Assembly (NCBI GenBank): GCA_963783885.1
Contig: CAWAPJ010000010.1
Location: 43,967 to 107,966, forward strand
Length of the DNA stretch: 64,000 nucleotides
Direction of reading: 5' to 3'
From: Waddliaceae bacterium
GTDB taxonomy: Bacteria; Chlamydiota; Chlamydiia; Chlamydiales; SLFE01
Shown here one piece after another: positions 1 through 10,044 of this stretch. Position 1 is the stretch's first letter. The number at the start of each line of letters is the position of its first letter. The position numbers and the translations under genes are program-made. The notes beneath the pieces are model-generated. The model was not told the DNA's origin and did no database searches. It saw only the letters and a program-made list of their open reading frames with translations.

Positions 1-842
1 AATGGCTCGGTTCCCGTTTCATCATTTGTAAACGTTGAAAGGGGGCCGATGTGTCCGAGAAGCGAGGCTTCTTTTGCGTTTACCAGAAGGTCTGCTTTGA
101 GGATTTTTTGAATATAGTCTCCGTCATAGAAAGGGAGCTTCTCTAAATCGGGGCGGTTTGGAAATGTGTTCAAATCCCCGGTCAAAACAAGAGGACCGTT
201 GTGGGTTTGGCTGAGGATTTCCTGTATCATTTCGGCTTGCTGCTCTCTTTTGGCGATGTTAGAGAAAGCCAGATGGACGTTCAAGACAGAAAGAGCCTTC
301 CCATTGACCTTGTCGACAAGCTGAATCATCGTCAAAGTCGATGCGCTGGTGTTTTCAGGATTCGTTTTCGACAAGTGCCAGATGCGGCTATTATCAAGAA
401 TAAACCGCTCTTTCTTGTAAAAAAGGCCGTTAATTTCTCCATCCTTGCAAGGGGAGCCGAAGAATTCATATTTCTCCGATAGGGCCTCCATAAGATCGTC
501 TAATTGATTGCCGTAAAGCTCCTGAACTCCTACAATATCGGCGTCCATATCGTCAAACATGTCGATCACTCTTGCGCACCGGTTCGGCCAGCGGTTCTCT
601 TCATCGAGGTTGTGATCGTAGAGATCGAACAGAACATTGAAGCTGACGATTCGTATGCGTTCATCCAGAAGCTCAAGATTTTCTCTGATCTCAATTCTCT
701 GGCCGGGGGCATATTTGTCCAAGTCTATCCCTTCCAGACGTTCTATTTTTTCCATTAAGGGAACAATGGAATTTTGAGAGGCAGTAAGAGAGGCCGCAAA
801 TGCAATTAAGAAAGAAATTAGTAAAAAATATTTTAATTTCAT
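1..842 (-). CDS. Endonuclease/exonuclease/phosphatase (EEP) family protein with signal peptide; 3' end lies outside the window
   Basis: Not in the ORF track because it runs off the edge. Manual translation from ATG at 842: MKLKYFLLISFLIAFAASLTA...RIVSFNVLFD...RWPNR...DADIVGVQE...LTGDLN, typical EEP motifs. Confidence 0.8.
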   Translation of the reverse strand, partial: MKLKYFLLISFLIAFAASLTASQNSIVPLMEKIERLEGIDLDKYAPGQRIEIRENLELLDERIRIVSFNVLFDLYDHNLDEENRWPNRCARVIDMFDDMDADIVGVQELYGNQLDDLMEALSEKYEFFGSPCKDGEINGLFYKKERFILDNSRIWHLSKTNPENTSASTLTMIQLVDKVNGKALSVLNVHLAFSNIAKREQQAEMIQEILSQTHNGPLVLTGDLNTFPNRPDLEKLPFYDGDYIQKILKADLLVNAKEASLLGHIGPLSTFTNDETGTEP

Positions 843-904
843 CTCTTCTCTTTTTTAATTAAATTGAATTATAAAATTGGAATATTAAATTTTAATAAAT
901 TTTA

Positions 905-2155
905 CTAACAAAGAAGCCGCCAAGCGGGTACAGCCCAAGTATTGTCCTCAGATAATCTCTCAATACTGGATCCATTATAGACGATGAGCGACCCAAGCCA
1001 GTTTCTGTTAAATCTTTTTTTGATTTCTCTTAAAGATGTCAGATCTTTTGGATAAATTTTGTCTCTCAGTTTAATCTCAACTCCTATGAATCCTCCGGGG
1101 GTTTCCAATAGTAGATCACACTCCAAACCACTATGAGTTCTATAAAAGGAAAGTGGTATATCTTTTTCATTTGTCTTGATCCATTTATAAATTTCCGATA
1201 TAACCATGGTCTCAAAATAACTGCCTGTCGCCGGCCCCCAGTGGCCCGTAGCTTGTCTAAGCATTCCAATATCAAGCCAATAGACTTTTGGAGTTTTTAT
1301 CAACGAAGTGGTGGAATTCTTATAGAAAGGCTGCAAAAAGAAAGTCTGATAAGATAATCTCAAATATTCAAAATATCTTCTAGAGGTGTCTACACTGATA
1401 GAAGCGTCTCTGGCAAGTTCGGAATAGCTGAGAAGCTGACCGCTCCTCAATGCGGCTAATATCTGAAATTTTCGAAAAGGTTCTAAATCATGAATTCTTG
1501 CTAAATCAACTAAATCTCTTTCAAGATAAGTATATTCATAATCCTTCAGCCATTTTTTCTTCTCATCCTGGGAGGCAATTGTGAAAAGAGCCGGCATCCC
1601 TCCCCATTGTAGGATGTAATCAGCAGCTTGCAGTCTACCTTGTTCCTGCTGACCAAATAAAACTCCCGGGATCTCGCTAAGCACCTTATCAAGAGGGGCG
1701 CCTGAAAGAAAAGAATCAAGCAGCGGCGCTTCAAGATTCTTTTCAGGATTGATTTCTGAAATCATAAAAGGGAACAGCTCGTATAAGGAAACTCTGCCCG
1801 CTAGCGATTCTCTGACTTTTTTCAGGAGCATGAGCTGTGAAGACCCTAACAAAACAGAAAATTTAAGTGTTTTATCATCGAAGCAGTATTTAATTTTTTC
1901 CAGGATTCCGGGTTCTTTCTGAACTTCATCCAAGATAGCTTCCCCAACATCTCTCACCCAGGAACTTGTGGAAATCTTCCTCATTTTTCCTCGAATTTCG
2001 GGTGCATCAAGATTAAAATATTGGAGAGAGGAGTATTGGTTTCTTGCGATTGTTGTTTTTCCTGTTTGTCTTGCGCCGGTAATCAAAGTGAGCTTGTTTT
2101 GATCAATCCCAGGAAGTTTTTTCTCTAAATGCCTGTGTTTATAGCGGTTTTCCAT
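905..2155 (-). CDS. AAA_14 ATPase with DUF4143 and C-terminal PD-(D/E)xK-like domain
   Basis: Walker A GARQTGKT, Walker B ILDEVQ, GSS...ESLAGR, GGMP, KTPKVYWLDIG, FYRT...ECDLLL...GVEIK. Confidence 0.85.
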   Translation of the reverse strand: MENRYKHRHLEKKLPGIDQNKLTLITGARQTGKTTIARNQYSSLQYFNLDAPEIRGKMRKISTSSWVRDVGEAILDEVQKEPGILEKIKYCFDDKTLKFSVLLGSSQLMLLKKVRESLAGRVSLYELFPFMISEINPEKNLEAPLLDSFLSGAPLDKVLSEIPGVLFGQQEQGRLQAADYILQWGGMPALFTIASQDEKKKWLKDYEYTYLERDLVDLARIHDLEPFRKFQILAALRSGQLLSYSELARDASISVDTSRRYFEYLRLSYQTFFLQPFYKNSTTSLIKTPKVYWLDIGMLRQATGHWGPATGSYFETMVISEIYKWIKTNEKDIPLSFYRTHSGLECDLLLETPGGFIGVEIKLRDKIYPKDLTSLREIKKRFNRNWLGSLIVYNGSSIERLSEDNTWAVPAWRLLC

Positions 2156-2164
2156 TATAAACTG

Positions 2165-2223
2165 ATTTTACGATGGCATCGTAAGATTTGCAAGAAAATT
2201 TACGATACCATCGTAAATTTTCT
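2165..2223 (-). promoter_or_regulatory. Sigma66/70-type promoter with two palindromic operator-like sites upstream of the AAA ATPase
   Basis: Minus strand TTGCAA-17nt-TAAAAT. Palindromes TTACGAT-N3-ATCGTAA at 2168-2184 and, extended to 14-bp arms, at 2193-2223. Confidence 0.6.
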
Positions 2224-2224
2224 A

Positions 2225-2905
2225 TTAGATCTGCCGTTTTTGGCGATCTTTGCACTCTAAGACTTTATAAACGACTTCCTCGGGGGTGAGGTCGGAGGTG
2301 TCTATGATATGGGCATCTTCCGCTTGTTTCAGCGGAGATACTTTTCTTGTTGAGTCGTAATGGTCCCGTCTGTTGATCTGCTCGAGAACTTTCTCCATAG
2401 TGAGTTCGTCTGCTGTTTCGGGAAATTTTTGTTTGAGTTCATCCATCCGTCTTTGGGCTCTTACTTCCGGACGGCCCTTTAAAAAGATTTTCAGGTCGGC
2501 GTTGGGAAAGACGACCGTCCCCATATCGCGGCCCTCGAAAACGGAATTGACCCCTCTTGCCAGCTCGCGCTGAATGGAAACCAGTTTTTCTCGAACTTGC
2601 GGGATCGCTGCCACTTCAGAAACTTTGGAGGTGACTTCATCGCCCCGAATCACATTGGTGACATTTTCCTCGCAGACATAATAGCATTTTTCTCCTCGTC
2701 TGATCTTCATGTCAAATTCAAACTTGTCGAGAAATTCTTGAAGCTTTACGGGATCGTCCAAAGGAACATTTTGTTTGATGATTCCATAGGTGGCGCATCT
2801 GTACATGGCGCCCGTATCGAAAAAAATATAGCCTAAAGCATCCGCAACTTTTTTGGCGACAGTGCTTTTTCCTGTTGCGACTGAACCGTCTATTGTAATA
2901 ATCAT
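2225..2905 (-). CDS. cmk: Cytidylate kinase
   Basis: ITIDG..ATGKST, DTGAMYR, EGRDMGTVVFP, RD..DSTR..SPL. Confidence 0.95.
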   Translation of the reverse strand: MIITIDGSVATGKSTVAKKVADALGYIFFDTGAMYRCATYGIIKQNVPLDDPVKLQEFLDKFEFDMKIRRGEKCYYVCEENVTNVIRGDEVTSKVSEVAAIPQVREKLVSIQRELARGVNSVFEGRDMGTVVFPNADLKIFLKGRPEVRAQRRMDELKQKFPETADELTMEKVLEQINRRDHYDSTRKVSPLKQAEDAHIIDTSDLTPEEVVYKVLECKDRQKRQI

Positions 2906-3753
2906 ATTGCTAACATCCTAACATAACCATACACGAGTGGGAGAGTAAAAACAAGGGAATCAAAAATATCAAGCAGTCCTCCAAGTCCGGGTAGCTGGCT
3001 GCTGTCTTTTACCTTGGCATCCCTCTTGAGAAGCGATTCCGAAAGGTCCCCCAGTTGAGAGAGGACAGCGATAATCAATCCGAGAGTTAAAGAGGAAACA
3101 ACACCGATGTCGAGTGCGCGGCTTCCCGAAACCGTGGCAGCGATAAAGGGGAGGGAGGCGCTGGTCCCGAGGGCAAGTAAAAATCCGCACAAGGTTCCTT
3201 CGACGGTTTTATTCGGGCTGACAAAGGGGGCAAGGGGTTTTCTTCCAAAGAATTTTCCGCCGAAATAGGCTCCGGTATCATACATTTTGCTTACGGCAAT
3301 CGCAAAGACGACCCACCATCTGCCGTCCCCGCCGGCGTTTGGAGGGAAATAATAGGTGATGAGCAAAATGCAGCTGAGAGGGACAGCCAGGTAAAAAATC
3401 CCAAAAAAAGTGATGGAAAGATTGACGAAAGGGTTCTCTCCTTTAAGCAGAAAGAGGCAAAAGGCGAAAAGAAGGGAAAGTATCACGATCAGGTATGGCA
3501 AAAAACAAAAAGGTGGGGCTTGAGTTGCTGTAAAAACTGCAAGAGCGTAGGCAAATCCGGTCGCCATTCCGAGCTGCGTCAGCGGCTTGTGCCCTTTAAA
3601 CGCGGCCAGCCGATAGAATTCCCAAAGGACAACGGCTGTTAAACAAGAAAAGCCAAGAGCAAAAAATGGCATGAATGCCGGCCATGTGGAGAAAAAGATC
3701 GCAATGCCAGCGGCAATCACCAGAATGGTTCCAATCGCGACTCTTTGCAGCAT
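2902..3753 (-). CDS. cdsA: Phosphatidate cytidylyltransferase
   Basis: Polytopic membrane protein; DTGAYFGG, SPNKTVEG, GDLSESLLKRDAKVKDS..LPG.GG.LD..DS. Confidence 0.95.
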   Translation of the reverse strand: MLQRVAIGTILVIAAGIAIFFSTWPAFMPFFALGFSCLTAVVLWEFYRLAAFKGHKPLTQLGMATGFAYALAVFTATQAPPFCFLPYLIVILSLLFAFCLFLLKGENPFVNLSITFFGIFYLAVPLSCILLITYYFPPNAGGDGRWWVVFAIAVSKMYDTGAYFGGKFFGRKPLAPFVSPNKTVEGTLCGFLLALGTSASLPFIAATVSGSRALDIGVVSSLTLGLIIAVLSQLGDLSESLLKRDAKVKDSSQLPGLGGLLDIFDSLVFTLPLVYGYVRMLAI

Positions 3754-4463
3754 TAAGATCCTCCCAGGCGCCTTTCGCGCTGCTTATAATCGTCAATTGC
3801 GGCATAAAAGCGGTCGGGGGTAAAGTCGGGCCAGAGGGTCTCGGTGTAATAGAATTCCGAATAGGAAAGCTGCCACAAAAGATAGTTGCTGATTCTCATT
3901 TCTCCGCTGGTGCGAATGAGAAGGTCGGGATCGGGCCACCGGGAAGTATCGAGATGACGGCTGACGGTCTCTTCGGTCACATCTTCTTTTTTAAGCGTTC
4001 CTTTTTCAATTTTGCTGCAAATTTTTGAAAAGGAGCGGCAGATCTCGGAACGTCCGCCATAATTTAGCGCGAGAATGAGATGGATCTTGCTGCAATGAGC
4101 TGTTTTTTCTTTGCTTTCCTTTATGGTCTGTTTAACATCTTCCGGCAAAGGATCCAAAACCCCAATTGTATTCAGTTTAACCCCTTTTTCGATCATGCGG
4201 GGGGTTTCTCTTTGCAAGTAGAGTTTGAGAAGCCCCATCAAAGCGTCGATCTCCATTTTAGACCGCTTCCAGTTCTCCGTGGAAAAAATGTAGAGGGTCA
4301 TATATTCGATATCGATATCGGAGGCGGCTTCCACGATATCTAAAATGATGTCGCAACCTTTTTGATGGCCGAAAGGGGCGTCCTGCTGAAGGCGGGCTGC
4401 CCATCGCCTGTTGCCGTCGGGGATGATGGCGACATGTCTCGGGACTAATTTTAAGGGGATCAT
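3753..4463 (-). CDS. uppS: Undecaprenyl diphosphate synthase
   Basis: HVAIIPDGNRRWA, FSTENWKRS, NYGGR, PDLLIRTSGEMRISNYLLWQ. Confidence 0.95.
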   Translation of the reverse strand: MIPLKLVPRHVAIIPDGNRRWAARLQQDAPFGHQKGCDIILDIVEAASDIDIEYMTLYIFSTENWKRSKMEIDALMGLLKLYLQRETPRMIEKGVKLNTIGVLDPLPEDVKQTIKESKEKTAHCSKIHLILALNYGGRSEICRSFSKICSKIEKGTLKKEDVTEETVSRHLDTSRWPDPDLLIRTSGEMRISNYLLWQLSYSEFYYTETLWPDFTPDRFYAAIDDYKQRERRLGGS

Positions 4464-5749
4464 GTCACCTCCGCAAGTTGGGGGAGAAGGTTAATTGTCT
4501 GCTTGCGGTCAGGGCCGACAGATATCAGCGAAATCGGAACGCCGCAAAGGGATTCAATCATCTCGAGATAATTTTTGGCGTTTTGTGGAAGTTCCTCATA
4601 TTTTGTCACATGGGATGTGGATGACATCCACCCTGGCAATGTCTCATAGACAGGTTCTATTTTATCCCAAAGATGAATATCGGCCGGAGGAATATCAAAG
4701 ATTTTGTCTTTTAACCTATAGGCTGTGCAAATCTTGATTTCGGAAAAATTGTCGAGAATATCAAGTTTTGTCATAGCTAGTGAAGAAAAGCTGTTGATGC
4801 GGACAGCAGCCTTTGCGAGGACAGCGTCGAACCAGCCAATCCGCCTGTTTCTTCCTGTCGTAGTGCCGACCTCTCGAGCTGTATGAAGGTCAAATTCAGG
4901 CGAGGAAGGAAATTCGGTGGGGAAGGGGCCGTTGCCGACACGTGTTGTGTAAAGCTTCATGACTCCTAAAATATGGTCTATGGATGCAGGTCCGACCTCG
5001 GCTCCTGAGCAGATGCCTGCAGCTGTGGTGTTTGATGACGTCACATAAGGGTAGGTTCCCGATGTGACATCAAGAAATGTCCCTTGCGCTCCTTCGAATA
5101 GAACGGTTTTATCTGAAGCGTTCTCAAGCAGAGGGTTGATATCCCGTACATGAGGACGCAATCTTTCAGCAGCATGGGCGTAATCGGTAAAAACCTCTTC
5201 AAAGGAGAGGGGAGAAGCTCCGAAAAGTTTTGTCAGCTCTTCATTTTTGATCTTGAGCATATACTTTAAAAGGGAATGGAAATGATCCAGATCCAAAAGG
5301 TCGGCGACGCGGACGCCGGAGCGGCTCACTTTGTCCGCATAGCAGGGGCCGATGCCGCGCTTAGTCGTTCCGATAGCGTCGTCTGCCTTCCTTTTTTCCT
5401 GAAGGGTGTCGAAGACCTTGTGGTAAGGCATGATAAGATGGGCATTCGGAGAGATCCACAGCCTATCGTCAATGTCGATACCCTTTTCTTTCAGCATATC
5501 CATTTCTTTAGTCAGTACAAACGGGTCGATGACAACACCTGCTGCAATCGCGCATTGGGTGTGTGGCTGGAGGATGCCTGTCGGGATGAGATGCAGTTTG
5601 TATTCTTGCGAATTAAAGAGAATCGTGTGGCCTGCGTTGTTGCCTCCCTGAGCGCGGACAATCCAGTCGGACTGCTGAGCCAGTAGATCGATGACTTTTC
5701 CCTTTCCTTCGTCTCCCCATTGGGCGCCGACAACAATGATTCTTGGCAT
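4460..5749 (-). CDS. purA: Adenylosuccinate synthetase
   Basis: GAQWGDEGKGK, GGNNAGHT, GTTKRGIGPCY, EGAQG, GTYPYVTSS, GTTTGRNRR. Confidence 0.97.
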   Translation of the reverse strand: MPRIIVVGAQWGDEGKGKVIDLLAQQSDWIVRAQGGNNAGHTILFNSQEYKLHLIPTGILQPHTQCAIAAGVVIDPFVLTKEMDMLKEKGIDIDDRLWISPNAHLIMPYHKVFDTLQEKRKADDAIGTTKRGIGPCYADKVSRSGVRVADLLDLDHFHSLLKYMLKIKNEELTKLFGASPLSFEEVFTDYAHAAERLRPHVRDINPLLENASDKTVLFEGAQGTFLDVTSGTYPYVTSSNTTAAGICSGAEVGPASIDHILGVMKLYTTRVGNGPFPTEFPSSPEFDLHTAREVGTTTGRNRRIGWFDAVLAKAAVRINSFSSLAMTKLDILDNFSEIKICTAYRLKDKIFDIPPADIHLWDKIEPVYETLPGWMSSTSHVTKYEELPQNAKNYLEMIESLCGVPISLISVGPDRKQTINLLPQLAEVT

Positions 5750-5762
5750 TGTATTTTCCCCC

Positions 5763-7574
5763 TCAATCGGTTTTCAATAATTTGATGAAAGCGTCCTGGG
5801 GAATTTTGACCTTTCCAATCCCCATCTCTTTCATTTTCTGCTTACCCTTTTTCTGCTTTTCCCACAGTTTCCGTTTGCGGGTGATGTCTCCGCCGTAACA
5901 CTTGGCGGTGACGTTTTTTCCCATCGCAGAGAGGGTCTCCCTGGCGATAATTTTCCCGCCGATGACAGCCTGAATCGGCACTTTGAAAAGTTGGCGGGGG
6001 ATCACTTCTTTCAGTTTTGCGCAGATGGCCCGCCCTTTTGCCAGCGCTTTGTCCTTGTGGACAAGGCAGGAGAACGCATCTACCGGTTCATCGTTCACCC
6101 TCACTTCGAGTTTGACAATTTGGCTTTCTTCATAGCCGTAAAACTCATAATCGAAAGAACCGTAGCCCCGCGTCAGCGATTTCAGTTTATCGTTAAAGTC
6201 CGAGATGATTTCAGCAAGGGGAAGGCGGTATGTTAGAAGAAGCCTGTGGGAATCGAGTGTTTCGGTATGTTCGCAGATTCCCCGCTTCTCCAGGCCGAGA
6301 TTCATTATCTGTCCGAGGTATTCGTTCGGAATGATGACATGGGCCCGCACCCAGGGTTCTTCAGCCCATTCTATGGCTGCGGGGTCGGGATAGTGGACGG
6401 GATTGTCGACTTCCTTTTCTGTGCCGTCAGTCAGGGTAAATTTATAAACGACGCTGGGGGCTGTCATGATAATATCAAGGTCGAATTCTCGTTGCAGCCT
6501 TTCAAAGATGATTTCAAGGTGAAGAAGCCCTAAAAATCCGCACCGAAAACCGAAACCGAGCGCATGGCTGCTTTCCTGTTCGATATAAAGGGCCGAGTCG
6601 TTGAGCTGCAGTTTGACAAGGGCGTCGCGGAGGTTTTCATAGTCAGGCGAGTCGATTGGGTAAATTCCTGCAAAAACAACAGGCTTCATCAACTCAAAGC
6701 CCGGGAGAGGCTCGGGAGCGGGAGATTTTTTGTGTGTTATCGTATCGCCGATCTTCACATCGGCAGTGTTTTTTATGTTGCAGACTAGATAACCCACTTC
6801 GCCAGGCATAAGGGTGTCGACCGGCTTTTGGTGGGGGACAAAGATGCCCGGCTCGAGCACCTCATACTCTTTGCCAGTAATCATCATTTTGATGGAGTCT
6901 CCTTTTTTAACTTTACCGCTGATGACGCGGACATAAATCATGGCTCCCCGGTAGATGTCGTAATGGGAATCAAAAATAAGGGCTCTCAGATAATCGTCCT
7001 TCGGCTCTGCCGGAGGGGGAACCTCCCTGATGACACGCTCGAGAATTTCGTCCGTCCCTTTTCCCAATTTTGCCGAACAGCAAATCGCGTCGGAGGCGTC
7101 GAGTCCGATCACATCTTCAATTTGATGCCGCACATCTTCGACATCAGCTGTCGGCAGGTCGATTTTGTTGATAACCGGAATGATTTCCAGATTTCTATTA
7201 AGAGCCAGATGGACGTTGGCCATTGTCTGCGCCTGCACCCCCTGGCCGGCATCGACAACTAGCAGAGCGCCTTCGCAGGCGGCAAGAGAACGGGAAACTT
7301 CATAGGTGAAGTCGACGTGGCCGGGTGTGTCGATCAGGTTGATCTGGTAGATCTGACCGTCTTTGGCTTGATAGAACATGGTCACAGGGTGAGCTTTGAT
7401 GGTGATGCCCCGCTCCCGTTCGAGGTCCATATCGTCTAAGACTTGCTCCTGCATTTCCCGTTTTTGGAGAGTGTGGGTCTGTTCTAGCAGACGGTCGGCA
7501 ATTGTCGACTTCCCATGGTCGATATGAGCGATAATGCTAAAATTGCGTATTTTGCTTCGGTCATACTGGAACAT
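5763..7574 (-). CDS. lepA: Elongation factor 4 (LepA)
   Basis: [56 protein letters not shown]. Confidence 0.98.
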   Translation of the reverse strand: MFQYDRSKIRNFSIIAHIDHGKSTIADRLLEQTHTLQKREMQEQVLDDMDLERERGITIKAHPVTMFYQAKDGQIYQINLIDTPGHVDFTYEVSRSLAACEGALLVVDAGQGVQAQTMANVHLALNRNLEIIPVINKIDLPTADVEDVRHQIEDVIGLDASDAICCSAKLGKGTDEILERVIREVPPPAEPKDDYLRALIFDSHYDIYRGAMIYVRVISGKVKKGDSIKMMITGKEYEVLEPGIFVPHQKPVDTLMPGEVGYLVCNIKNTADVKIGDTITHKKSPAPEPLPGFELMKPVVFAGIYPIDSPDYENLRDALVKLQLNDSALYIEQESSHALGFGFRCGFLGLLHLEIIFERLQREFDLDIIMTAPSVVYKFTLTDGTEKEVDNPVHYPDPAAIEWAEEPWVRAHVIIPNEYLGQIMNLGLEKRGICEHTETLDSHRLLLTYRLPLAEIISDFNDKLKSLTRGYGSFDYEFYGYEESQIVKLEVRVNDEPVDAFSCLVHKDKALAKGRAICAKLKEVIPRQLFKVPIQAVIGGKIIARETLSAMGKNVTAKCYGGDITRKRKLWEKQKKGKQKMKEMGIGKVKIPQDAFIKLLKTD

Positions 7575-7891
7575 AGAGCTTATGATACCAAACTCAGGAC
7601 TAATCTTCTAGCCTGGATTTCTCACAAGGAGTGGTTAGAACCTGGCCGTTAAAAAATAATAGAAACTAAGAGGCACTTAGACACAATGTGCGTCATTTGG
7701 GGGGGGTACAGTTCACTAACAAGTGCCACCTATGCTGGTAAACTGCACCTTCTCATTTTCCTCTGTTGTGAAAATCATTGTCTATCTGTAGGATAGATTC
7801 AAATTATTAATGTAACAAGGTCTAAAGGTTGTCAAGAAGTTAACTTTAGATCCGAGATAATTTTCAAAGAAAGTCTCTTATATCTAATGAT

Positions 7892-9316
7892 TTAATTTTT
7901 GTAGGGAGGTTTAACTTGGGGGATAAAGGCTGTATCGAGATATTTTTTTGGCACTTCTTCCCACCGGCGTCCATAATAACGATGAAGTTTTCCGGGGACG
8001 CACCCTTTGGCAAACACATTGGGCATAGAGAAGAAATCAGGTTTTTTCCAATCCCCAAAAACGAGCGATTTAGTTTTCCAGTTTTCTGAATTCTCATAAT
8101 TGCATAATTGCTGCAGAGCTTTGCATTCATCTTTCTTTAAAGGGAGCTGAGTGACATTAGGAATGATTCCATGGGTGATGATATGGGCTTTGATGCGCCC
8201 ATTAAGCGGCCAACCGTCGAACATTTTGATTGCTTCCTTGATTTTCTTATAAGCGGCAGTTGTCATATAGGGGATGATAAAAATCAGATGCTGCTGAGCA
8301 ATTGTGTTTGGGTTGCCGGGAGCGATCCTAGCCGCTTGGTTCCAAAGTTTATGTATGATTTTTTCATCTATTTGAGTTCCCGAATAACTGCAGTCGTCAA
8401 AAATCAAAAGAGCATGATTTTCCTTTTTGAGAAACTCGGTATTAGTCCCATCAAAATCAAAGTCCCCTCCAAATAGGGTTGTATCAGGATGAATATTGAC
8501 GGCTTCTTGGGGAAAATAACTTAAGTGAGGAAGGGCCAATTCAGCCACCCATTTTTGGCTTCGTGTTGGAGCATAGGCGACTGAAACATTTTTGATTTCA
8601 GGATGTGCGGCGAGAAAAAGATTGAGCTTATGGCACGATTTTTTTAAAGCATTAAGGAACTGAGACATTGTGATGTGCATAATGTGGTGGTCGATAACTT
8701 TTTTGGCTACATTTCTTATTTTTTCGTCATTAATCAGTTCAAGGTATAACTGAGCTTTCTCAGTATCGATCTTTTGGCTTTCGGCAAGGGGAGGATTAGC
8801 ACTTAGACAAGTTAAATCACATTGGTTTAATCGCTGCTGAATCTTTGATTTATCAGAAGGTTTTTTGTATGTTTGGCGCGCCCTCCATGTCCTTTGGATG
8901 ACAGTGGCGGCACGATTTTCGCGATCGGTTGGTTCTTTATATTTTACACTAAAACGAGTGGATGGCTGATGGGAAGCGGCTGCTTCTTCTGATTTTTCAC
9001 TAGAATTATGGGAAGACAGAGAAGAAACGGGTGATGTTTGGATGACGTAATCATGAGACGATCTCAGGGCGGCTTTTAAACCGAGCATTATCAGAGGCAG
9101 GATAATGGTAAAATAGGACGTGATTTTTAAGGCGGTTGTCAGCATTGATGCTTGACTATCGACCAATTTGACACTTTCGGATTTATCATCAATGGAAATA
9201 ACCTTGGCTTTTCGCCCTCCGAGATAAAAATAGCTATCGACCTTTTCCCGAAAGGCCTGCCCATGGGTTTTGGGGTTATTATAGCTAACAGCTGTAAAAA
9301 AATTAATATCACTCAT
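7892..9316 (-). CDS. Hypothetical effector-like protein: DUF648-like N-terminus, IQ-like motif, PRTase-like C-terminal region
   Basis: VDSYFYLGGRKAKVI...LKITSYFTIILPLIML..KAALR (chlamydial DUF648-like); AATVIQRTWR; LLIFDDCSYSGTQI; AT-rich gene. Confidence 0.6.
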   Translation of the reverse strand: MSDINFFTAVSYNNPKTHGQAFREKVDSYFYLGGRKAKVISIDDKSESVKLVDSQASMLTTALKITSYFTIILPLIMLGLKAALRSSHDYVIQTSPVSSLSSHNSSEKSEEAAASHQPSTRFSVKYKEPTDRENRAATVIQRTWRARQTYKKPSDKSKIQQRLNQCDLTCLSANPPLAESQKIDTEKAQLYLELINDEKIRNVAKKVIDHHIMHITMSQFLNALKKSCHKLNLFLAAHPEIKNVSVAYAPTRSQKWVAELALPHLSYFPQEAVNIHPDTTLFGGDFDFDGTNTEFLKKENHALLIFDDCSYSGTQIDEKIIHKLWNQAARIAPGNPNTIAQQHLIFIIPYMTTAAYKKIKEAIKMFDGWPLNGRIKAHIITHGIIPNVTQLPLKKDECKALQQLCNYENSENWKTKSLVFGDWKKPDFFSMPNVFAKGCVPGKLHRYYGRRWEEVPKKYLDTAFIPQVKPPYKN

Positions 9317-9407
9317 TATTTATCTAGTAAATATTATATAAGACGTTATTATCCTCAATAATTATTAAGATTTAATTAATAATAGAGAAGGTCACTTACA
9401 TAGAGAT

Positions 9408-9492
9408 TGCGGCCAAGAAGACTTGAACTTCCACCGAGATAATCTCGACAAGAACCTGAATCTTGCGCGTCTACCAATTCCGCCATGGCCGC
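9408..9492 (-). tRNA. tRNA-Leu(CAG)
   Basis: GCGGCCATGGCGGAATTGGTAGACGCGCAAGATT-CAG-GTTCTTG...GTTCAAGTC...GGCCGCA; long variable arm. Confidence 0.95.
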
Positions 9493-9505
9493 AAAAAAAA
9501 AAGAT

Positions 9506-9588
9506 TGCCGAAGGTGGGACTCGAACCCACACCCGGTTGCCCAGAGCAGATTTTGAATCTACCGCGTCTACCGTTCCGCCACTTCGGC
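9506..9588 (-). tRNA. tRNA-Leu(CAA)
   Basis: GCCGAAGTGGCGGAACGGTAGACGCGGTAGATT-CAA-AATCTGC...GGTTCGAGTCCCACCTTCGGCA. Confidence 0.95.
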
Positions 9589-9702
9589 AAGAGCAAAATT
9601 ATATGAAAAAGAGGATTTAAATTAAAAGGATATTGTGTCAGATGGCACTGGCGCAAAATAAAATTTTTGTTCGATAATGGCAATTTGAATTAGGAGGTAG
9701 CT

Positions 9703-10044
9703 ATGATTGAAGGAATTAAAAGGGGTTTTTTCGACAATTATAATCAGAGAAACTGGGAAGCTCTTAAAGAAATTTACACAGTTGACGCGGTCATTCATAC
9801 ACCGGTAGGGGATCTTAAAGGCGGGCAGGCAGTTGTTGATATCGCAAAAAGGAAGTTGAAGGCCATGCCGGATATGCAGTTCACTCCCTTGTTTGGCAGT
9901 TATGACGATAATATTGTTGTTTTGCAGTGGTGCGCGAAGGGAACTGCAGTTGGTTCTGAGAAGGAAGAAACTGTCTTTTGCGGCAGCTATAAATTTCGCA
10001 TGAGCGGCAAGATGGTGGCTGAACAATGGGAAAAAAGGTATTGA
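9703..10044 (+). CDS. SnoaL-like/NTF2-fold protein
   Basis: 113 aa; YT.DAVIHTP.G...G, PDMQF, GKMVAEQW pattern; strong SD GGAGGT. Confidence 0.7.
   Translation: MIEGIKRGFFDNYNQRNWEALKEIYTVDAVIHTPVGDLKGGQAVVDIAKRKLKAMPDMQFTPLFGSYDDNIVVLQWCAKGTAVGSEKEETVFCGSYKFRMSGKMVAEQWEKRY

Noticed and set aside
7636-7826. Possible degenerate palindromic element (TTAGAACCTG...CAAGGTCTAA) upstream of lepA
   Set aside because: Terminal similarity is short and imperfect, with no convincing inner arms
7575-9408. tRNA-Leu-anchored integrated island
   Set aside because: No duplicated tRNA 3' end and no integrase found
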